IMG/VR virus record: IMGVR_UViG_3300035458_000037
Coordinates: 20,849 to 84,848 of that record
From: a virus
Reading direction: 5' to 3' (one strand)
Length of the DNA: 64,000 nt
The notes under the pieces are model-generated. The model was not told the DNA's origin and searched no databases. It was given only the letters and a program-made list of their open reading frames with translations. This document shows, piece after piece, positions 57,891-64,000 of this stretch; positions within the stretch are counted from its first letter, which is position 1; each line of letters begins with the position of its first letter. Both the position numbers and the translations under genes were made by a program.

Positions 57891-58768
57891 TAACAGGTGA
57901 ATTCATAACTATAGATACTGGCATGTCTACTACCGTTACTGGTATAGATTACTTTAGTAGAGCTTTACCAATGGTTCAGATTCTACCGAATCAATCAGAA
58001 GTAACTTCTACGCCAGTTGTAGAAGGTGAGAAGATAACATTAGAGTTCTATTTCAATCATGTCAAAGGCAATTTTAGTAGATTAGAGTTAGCAACTTTAT
58101 CTAAAAGATTCCAGAACTTGCGATTTCATTTGGAGGGCACGGTAGAAGAACAAGTGGCACTGAAACAGGAGCTAGAGAGATTGGCTGCGATTGTGTATCT
58201 TCAGCAGCAACTCCTGGCAAAAGGCTTCGATCTGTTTGTGACCAGAAATGTTATCAACGAGTTCATGTATAAAGTTGAAATCAGATCTCCACAACTCATG
58301 GAGCTGGAAAAGTTTCCAAGAATATTGCCAGATGAAGCGATTAAACGGTTAAAGGAAGCTAAAGAAACCAAGTTATTCGACAAATATTGGGTATTGACTT
58401 GGAATCCTCACGCTGAACAACTAAAGACTATGGAAGAAAAGATAACATCCAAAGATCCAATTCTATTTGGACAAGTATCTTTTGATCCAGACAAGTTCTA
58501 TCACATAGCGGACTGGGAGGACGAACACTGTGATTTGACTCTTGATAAATTCATTGAAGTAGCTCAAATAAATGAAACTCCGAGTGAAGTGAATGCCGAG
58601 GATTTATTAGCTCTAGCTAAAGCAAGGGTGAATAAGATACAATCTACAAATGTTAACAATTACAAATTCAGAGCTATAGTGGAAAGATTGTCAAATGAAA
58701 AACTTACGGTTAAGAAAACTCTTGAATTAATAAAAACCTTAATATCTATTCACAGAAAGAAGAGGTAA
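57887..58768 (+). CDS. phage hypothetical protein
   Basis: KDPILFG...YHIADW.DE motif; ATGA coupling. Confidence 0.75.
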   Translation: MITGEFITIDTGMSTTVTGIDYFSRALPMVQILPNQSEVTSTPVVEGEKITLEFYFNHVKGNFSRLELATLSKRFQNLRFHLEGTVEEQVALKQELERLAAIVYLQQQLLAKGFDLFVTRNVINEFMYKVEIRSPQLMELEKFPRILPDEAIKRLKEAKETKLFDKYWVLTWNPHAEQLKTMEEKITSKDPILFGQVSFDPDKFYHIADWEDEHCDLTLDKFIEVAQINETPSEVNAEDLLALAKARVNKIQSTNVNNYKFRAIVERLSNEKLTVKKTLELIKTLISIHRKKR

Positions 58769-58771
58769 TCC

Positions 58772-59095
58772 ATGACTCATGTTGAATACGGACAATGTAT
58801 TCCGTCACATCAAATCCAGCATTCAAGTCAAGAAGAGTTTCAAAGATTTCTTGATCACGTAAGAAGTGATGCTATTGCTGAAGCGACGCATAGAACAAAG
58901 AAGGAATTGGAAGAACACATCGATAGAATTATTCAAGATATTCAAAGGGGTGGATATGGAATGACATGGAAAGTTCCTATTTGGATAAATACAACGATCT
59001 CTGTGGGAGATTCATATGCGCGAGCAGCAGGAACTACTTATGTGGAATTTGATGAGCGACAACTCATGGCGGTCAAACGGTTAATTGGCATATAG
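58772..59095 (+). CDS. hypothetical protein
   Basis: GAGGT SD. Confidence 0.65.
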   Translation: MTHVEYGQCIPSHQIQHSSQEEFQRFLDHVRSDAIAEATHRTKKELEEHIDRIIQDIQRGGYGMTWKVPIWINTTISVGDSYARAAGTTYVEFDERQLMAVKRLIGI

Positions 59096-59103
59096 GAGAT
59101 GAT

Positions 59104-59262
59104 ATGGATATGGAAAAAACCGGCAATTCTGAATATGTCGTCTATCGGGTGCCTTCGCCTGATGGCATCCTCATGCGGCACCCTGGAGGAATCATTACCG
59201 CCTATGACGGTCGCTTCGGGGAATTACCTGAAGGTCAGGAGCAAATGGTGATCCCGGTATGA
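59104..59262 (+). CDS. 52-aa hypothetical protein, not in ORF track
   Basis: AGGAG SD; MDMEKTGNSEYVVYRV...; ATGA overlap with the recD-like gene. Confidence 0.6.
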   Translation: MDMEKTGNSEYVVYRVPSPDGILMRHPGGIITAYDGRFGELPEGQEQMVIPV

Positions 59263-60899
59263 CCAGGCGTCCGCTCCGGCAGAATGTTCCAGTGGCTTCT
59301 TCGGAAGAGAAGCTACTGGAAATAGGTGTTCCAAGACATGTCATCAAAGAATATGGAGAATATGAAAAACAAAATTTACTTCATCGTCTCAGAATAGATC
59401 CTTGGAGTTGTTACGATAAAGATAAAGGTCTTACGATAAAAATTTGTGATACCATTAGTAATAATCTCAATATTCACAATAATGTTATGAGATGTAAAGG
59501 TTATCTTCGATATGTTTTGGAATGTATCGCAGAAAACGGACATTGTTACGGGAGATCGAAACAAGTCCTAGATAAGCTTTCCGATGAAGCATATTTCAGT
59601 AATGACGTTGTGCGTCAAGCTACAGATGAGTTGCTGGATGATAAGTTGATGTTTGTTAGTCCAAAGAATAACTATTTTCTATATAAATATTTTTATGCAG
59701 AGAAAAACTTTGCAAATATGCTCATCAAGAAATGGAGAAGTAACGGAAATGAAACAGGGTTTATTTGCGAATACACAGAAAAGCTTGAGATGCTTAATGA
59801 AACGCAACGTGCAGTGGTAGATGCTATAGAAAACAACTATCTCATCATACTTACTGGTTTGCCGGGAACGGGTAAGACAACTACGATTAGCGCAATTGTA
59901 GAATGTTATGGAGAAGATAATGTAGTATTATTAGCTCCAACAGGTAAGGCTGCGTCTAGAATTTCAGAACTTTGTGGAATGAAAGCGTCAACTTTACACT
60001 CTTACTTCTTTAATCCAAATGAAAAGATAAATTACATAAAAGAAAAGATAGTGATTATAGACGAATTATCTATGCTCGATGTTGAAATAGCAGGATGGAT
60101 CGCAGAAGGTATAGGAGAAGACTGCGTTCTGATTTTGGTAGGAGATCCAAATCAATTACCCAGCGTTGGCCCAGGTCAAGTGTTACAAGATATACTTGAT
60201 TCAAACGCCAGAGAGAGGTATCATCTGACTCGTATCATGCGACAGCAACCCGGCTCCATCATCCAATCGGCTCATGCAATCCACGCGGGAAAGGATCTCG
60301 TTGCGGGTTCGGATAAGGAAGTCTCAATCTACTGTCCTGATAAATGGGATTTGAATGAGATAACTTATCATATTTGTGAAGATCCAGAATGGAGGGACGC
60401 ACAATTCCTATCTGTTTTAAAGGACATGGGCTCACGCATTATTAATCCGGCAGCACAAAGGATATTCAGAACTATTCGTCCTGGGAATATATTTGCAATG
60501 AAAGATAAAGTGATACATATAAAAAATAATAAAGATTTGGGTGTATATAACGGAGAAATGGGAGAAGTGGGATATATGAATGATCAATATCTCGAAGTTG
60601 AATATAGAGATAAGATTATTAAATACCCCAAGTTTTTATGGTGGCAATTAGAATTGGCATATTGTGTTACGATCCATAAAGCACAAGGAAGTGAATTTGA
60701 TAAAGTAGTATTGTTCATTAGCCCAAGTAGAATTACAACTAGGAATATAATTTATACTGGCATCACGAGAGCTAAGAGTAAAGTGTTGGTAATAGCTCCG
60801 TCAATGCGAGTAATAAGTGATGCCATTTCGAATATAGGATCAAAGCGTCAAACATCAATGTCATATTTAATTGCAAAGGGGGCAACTTGTGAAGATTGA
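59259..60899 (+). CDS. RecD2-like SF1B helicase
   Basis: GLPGTGKTT, APTGKAA, IIDELSM, GDPNQLPSVGPG, AYCVTIHKAQGSE, YTGITRAK. Confidence 0.93.
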   Translation: MTRRPLRQNVPVASSEEKLLEIGVPRHVIKEYGEYEKQNLLHRLRIDPWSCYDKDKGLTIKICDTISNNLNIHNNVMRCKGYLRYVLECIAENGHCYGRSKQVLDKLSDEAYFSNDVVRQATDELLDDKLMFVSPKNNYFLYKYFYAEKNFANMLIKKWRSNGNETGFICEYTEKLEMLNETQRAVVDAIENNYLIILTGLPGTGKTTTISAIVECYGEDNVVLLAPTGKAASRISELCGMKASTLHSYFFNPNEKINYIKEKIVIIDELSMLDVEIAGWIAEGIGEDCVLILVGDPNQLPSVGPGQVLQDILDSNARERYHLTRIMRQQPGSIIQSAHAIHAGKDLVAGSDKEVSIYCPDKWDLNEITYHICEDPEWRDAQFLSVLKDMGSRIINPAAQRIFRTIRPGNIFAMKDKVIHIKNNKDLGVYNGEMGEVGYMNDQYLEVEYRDKIIKYPKFLWWQLELAYCVTIHKAQGSEFDKVVLFISPSRITTRNIIYTGITRAKSKVLVIAPSMRVISDAISNIGSKRQTSMSYLIAKGATCED

Positions 60900-61008
60900 A
60901 GATATCTTTGTTGTCAGCGATAAACCTAATGGAGCTAATTCTAGAGAATCGCTAGAAAAACTTTTGCATGAATTTAGTTGGGAAATGGAACCGGAGTGTG
61001 AAGAATGA
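60889..61008 (+). CDS. 39-aa hypothetical protein, not in ORF track
   Basis: GTG start after AAGGGGG; ATGA overlap downstream. Confidence 0.45.
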   Translation: MKIEDIFVVSDKPNGANSRESLEKLLHEFSWEMEPECEE

Positions 61009-61880
61009 CTTTAGAAATGTCTCGTTATGCGGTGCAGGCAAGACTTGCAATTGGCGAAAAACACAAAGAGAAAGGGTATCCAGTAAAATTAGACCATTTC
61101 ATTATTACGATGCCATTTGACAAAGCTAATGGATTTGCTCCGAGACATCCAGCTCTTTCTCAATATCTGAAAGAGATATATAAAACTGATAGACCAAAAA
61201 TTATAGATATCGTTTTGATTGACGATCATCCAGACGAAGTATTTTATACCAATTATATGAACTATCGAGGTTCCACGTGTTGCTGCAAGGGAGATGGGAC
61301 AACAGCGATTCGTGTTGGATCTGATGGTAACAAATTTGAAACTGTTTGTGATTATGATAAATGTGAATTCAAATTTAATACTACCAACAAAGGAGTGATT
61401 AATACTTGTAAGCCTACAGGTATATTATCTTTTGTATTGGTAGATGCTCCGCTATCTGGTGGTATTATTAAATTCTCGACCCATTCAAGAATGACAATTG
61501 AAGCGCTGAATGGATTTTTCAGAGAGATTTATCATTTCAGGAAAACTTTGAAACTTATGAAAGTAAGATTACGACTTAAAACTGTAAGTGTTAATGTTAA
61601 TGGTAAACCTACGAATGTTTATATCGTTGAAGGTGAAGTGCCATTCAGTTTAAAAGAAATTATGATGGGTGCCGGAACTGCCGTTGGAACTATTGATGAC
61701 GTGAGGCCGAAAAACTTCTTGGACATGAAGCCAGTTCCACCAAATAAAGAAAAGATGAAAGCATTGGATGAGATGGCGCAAAAGGAAGGATATGACGGAT
61801 CTGACGCGCCAGAAACTGTGCTAACAGCAGAAGTGCTGGCAGCAGATAAATCAGGTAGTGATGACGATATAAACTTCTAA
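61005..61880 (+). CDS. Gp3-like (recombination directionality factor-like) protein, possible ssDNA annealase
   Basis: RL.IG.K...YP.KLDHF, C.GDG..A, CKP.G.L, F.T.S; acidic DDDINF tail. Confidence 0.7.
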   Translation: MTLEMSRYAVQARLAIGEKHKEKGYPVKLDHFIITMPFDKANGFAPRHPALSQYLKEIYKTDRPKIIDIVLIDDHPDEVFYTNYMNYRGSTCCCKGDGTTAIRVGSDGNKFETVCDYDKCEFKFNTTNKGVINTCKPTGILSFVLVDAPLSGGIIKFSTHSRMTIEALNGFFREIYHFRKTLKLMKVRLRLKTVSVNVNGKPTNVYIVEGEVPFSLKEIMMGAGTAVGTIDDVRPKNFLDMKPVPPNKEKMKALDEMAQKEGYDGSDAPETVLTAEVLAADKSGSDDDINF

Positions 61881-61908
61881 AAACATAACCTACAGAACTG
61901 GGGCTGCC

Positions 61909-62667
61909 ATGGTTATCATTGGAGTTAACGACATCCATCTGCGATGTTGTGGAAAGTATTTCCAAGAATGTAGAATAATCTTTCGGTGTAATGCCCCTAC
62001 TGAATCTGTTGGTAAGGTTCGCTTGTCGAACCTTATCAATATCAGAGTGGCTAAATGTAAATGTGAAACAATATGTTATTGCGACGGATTGATTAGACCC
62101 GTCAAGTCAAAAGTAATCCCTCCAAAAGTTGTTGTAGTAAAGGAGGTTAAAAAGATAGAACCAGAAGATACCGATTTAGAATTTATTGAATTAGAAGATG
62201 TTGAATTAGAAGATCTATTCGATGGTCTAGATTATGTTGAAATCGAAGATGAAAGAGATAGGATAGAAGTAACTTATCAGAAAGAAAAACTTATTTGGAT
62301 AAAAACATTTAATAAAAATGAAAGGTTAGCAGAAGCTATTGATCTTGAATATGATTGCGATGAAGTTTATTTAAGCGAAAGATTATCTCAAGAATATCCT
62401 AAATTCTTTCTAGTAGATCATACAACAATTTTCTATAAAGCGAGCTGTCCATCCAAAGAAGCAATGAGTTATGAAAGAAGTATCATGGCAAAGATAGGTA
62501 ATAATAAAGCTAAATATGGGACATATACTAGAATCGCATTATTGGAAACACATAATAAAATACATCGAAATTATGAAGAGATAGTTGTCATTTTCAACTA
62601 TTTAAGTAAATTCGATATCTTCGCAACACTTCCAGTTTTACGGGAGCAATCTAATGTCAGTGAATAG
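61909..62667 (+). CDS. hypothetical protein, Cys-rich N-terminus and acidic linker
   Basis: 252-aa ORF; start uncertain. Confidence 0.6.
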   Translation: MVIIGVNDIHLRCCGKYFQECRIIFRCNAPTESVGKVRLSNLINIRVAKCKCETICYCDGLIRPVKSKVIPPKVVVVKEVKKIEPEDTDLEFIELEDVELEDLFDGLDYVEIEDERDRIEVTYQKEKLIWIKTFNKNERLAEAIDLEYDCDEVYLSERLSQEYPKFFLVDHTTIFYKASCPSKEAMSYERSIMAKIGNNKAKYGTYTRIALLETHNKIHRNYEEIVVIFNYLSKFDIFATLPVLREQSNVSE

Positions 62668-63874
62668 TAATAGTGAAGTAAAGAGCATGAGATTTTCCGC
62701 AATTAATGCAAGACAACAATGTCCACTTTGGGCATGGCTAGTTTATCGCCAGAAGATTTCTGGATATAAGAATCCTTATGCAAAACTTGGAATAGCGATT
62801 CATGATTTGTTGGCTGAGTATGCAGAACACTGTGTCAACAATAGTTTATCTACAGATCATGATTTTCTAGATAAAAAGAAATATAATCACTTTGTTAACA
62901 TTGAGCAAGATCAATTTGATGATGCTAATCAAATGGTAGAGTCAATCAAGAATCATTATAATTGGGAATGTCATTTTAATCATAGCGTTTTGGAAATAGA
63001 AAAAAGATATATGCTAGATAAGAATTTCAATCCAACTGAAAATGAAGATGAAGCTTATATTTCGGGTGGTATTGATTTTCTGTATATTGATGCCGATGAA
63101 GCAGTGGTAATGGATTATAAAACCGTAAGATCTATCTATACAAAGAGTTTCATGAAGGACTCTTTGCAAAGAAAGATTTATTCATTATTGGCTCTCAAAC
63201 ATTATTCTCAGATTGAACAGGTATCCTTCGTATTTGATTTCGTAAGGTATGGATATGAGTCTACCCCCATAACCATGGGGCGAGAGGAGATTGAGGGCGT
63301 AGAGACACTGTTGCGGGCCGAGATTGAGGCGACCCAGGAGGTTCTTGCGCAGCAAGAATCTCCTGTTCCTTCTCCCGGAGCACACTGCATCCTCTGCGAG
63401 GGCCGAGCCTCTTGCCCAGCTTATCGCCAGGCCTTCGATCTCCGGCAACAGATCACTACCCCAGATGAAGCCGCCAAGCTCTATCGGCAGTGGAGGCTCG
63501 GCAAAGTGCGTATGGACGCCAGCGAGGAGCTTTTGAAGTTCTGGATTAACACCCACGGCCCCATTCAAGTTAACGGTGAAGAGTATGGATTACATCCGGA
63601 GAATACTACAAAGTATAATGACACAAAGAAGATGATTGATATATTGACTACTGCTGGTGTTCCAATGGGAGCAATCCATGATGCACTATCTATCACCAGC
63701 ACTAATGTAAAAAACATTATCAAAAGATTTAAACTTAGTAAGGAAGTTCAAAAATCTATTGAGGCAATAGCAATAGTTACTACATCTACAAAATATAAAG
63801 CTAAAAAGATTAAAGGAGTAGAAGATGAAGATAATTTCGATGAAGATGAAGAGCTAGAAACAAGGTATCTCTGA
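62654..63874 (+). CDS. PD-(D/E)XK (AddB/Cas4-like) exonuclease
   Basis: QCP, G..IH, EKRY, GGIDF, DYKT, Q..IY, CILC..R..CP cysteine cluster. Confidence 0.85.
   Translation: MSVNSNSEVKSMRFSAINARQQCPLWAWLVYRQKISGYKNPYAKLGIAIHDLLAEYAEHCVNNSLSTDHDFLDKKKYNHFVNIEQDQFDDANQMVESIKNHYNWECHFNHSVLEIEKRYMLDKNFNPTENEDEAYISGGIDFLYIDADEAVVMDYKTVRSIYTKSFMKDSLQRKIYSLLALKHYSQIEQVSFVFDFVRYGYESTPITMGREEIEGVETLLRAEIEATQEVLAQQESPVPSPGAHCILCEGRASCPAYRQAFDLRQQITTPDEAAKLYRQWRLGKVRMDASEELLKFWINTHGPIQVNGEEYGLHPENTTKYNDTKKMIDILTTAGVPMGAIHDALSITSTNVKNIIKRFKLSKEVQKSIEAIAIVTTSTKYKAKKIKGVEDEDNFDEDEELETRYL
63260..63560. other. GC-rich island inside the nuclease gene
   Basis: 39/60 G+C in line 63361 vs 18/60 in line 62821. 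Confidence 0.8.
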
Positions 63875-63895
63875 TACCTAATTAAAGGAGGTGAT

Positions 63896-64000
63896 ATGCT
63901 TGTTGAAAATCTATGTGAAGACTTGAAGACAATTAAAGAGTTTGCTCGTGAAAGGTCACCTTATGATCAAGCAAAAAATGTAAGAATTACCGGTAATGAA
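63896..64000 (+). CDS. hypothetical protein, 3'-partial
   Basis: AAAGGAGGTGAT SD; frame open to the window end. Confidence 0.6.
   Translation, partial: MLVENLCEDLKTIKEFARERSPYDQAKNVRITGNE

Noticed and set aside
62186-62215. TTGAATTAGAAGAT duplicated in tandem
   Set aside because: Only two copies, within an acidic linker; ordinary slippage.
62654-63874. Cas4-like nuclease as evidence of CRISPR-Cas
   Set aside because: No repeat-spacer array or other cas genes seen; it sits in a recombination module.
1-64000. Stop-codon reassignment
   Set aside because: Long genes are intact under code 11, and TAA, TAG and TGA all end genes at tight junctions.

Overview
The window is a gene-dense, AT-rich segment of a large tailed dsDNA phage with a contractile tail (myovirus type). 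I saw no integrase, tRNA, rRNA or CRISPR array. Layout: (i) 1-14.1 kb: small early genes, dUTPase, dNMP kinase, SSB, radical SAM and a DnaE-type polymerase, interrupted by a minus-strand operon (holin-like, spanin-like, five small tagged proteins). (ii) 14.2-33.1 kb: plus-strand virion module with baseplate/fibre genes, a SNF2 ATPase, portal, neck, a tail sheath split into two genes, and tail tube. (iii) 33.2-38.3 kb: early cassette ending in two transporters (AmpG-like MFS and POT peptide transporter). (iv) 38.3-49.2 kb: minus-strand head module (terminase, scaffold/internal proteins, prohead protease, decoration protein, major capsid protein, adaptor). (v) 49.3-64 kb: replication/recombination arm (resolvase-like nuclease, SNF2, primase-helicase, SbcC-like ATPase, RecD2, Gp3-like protein, PD-(D/E)XK nuclease). 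Two signals stand out. First, at least seven dispersed small genes (two missing from the ORF track) start with the tag M-[SG]-[LI]-[VI]-K-[LI]-A, which matches a K-x-A motif repeated through the head proteins. This suggests a capsid-targeting and protease-processing system that loads glycine-zipper and J-domain cargo into the virion. Second, sharp 100-600 bp GC-rich islands recur roughly every 3 kb inside AT-rich genes, and many carry the octamer CCCCTGGA/TCCAGGGG (11 exact copies seen). All protein calls come from reading motifs by eye, not from database searches.
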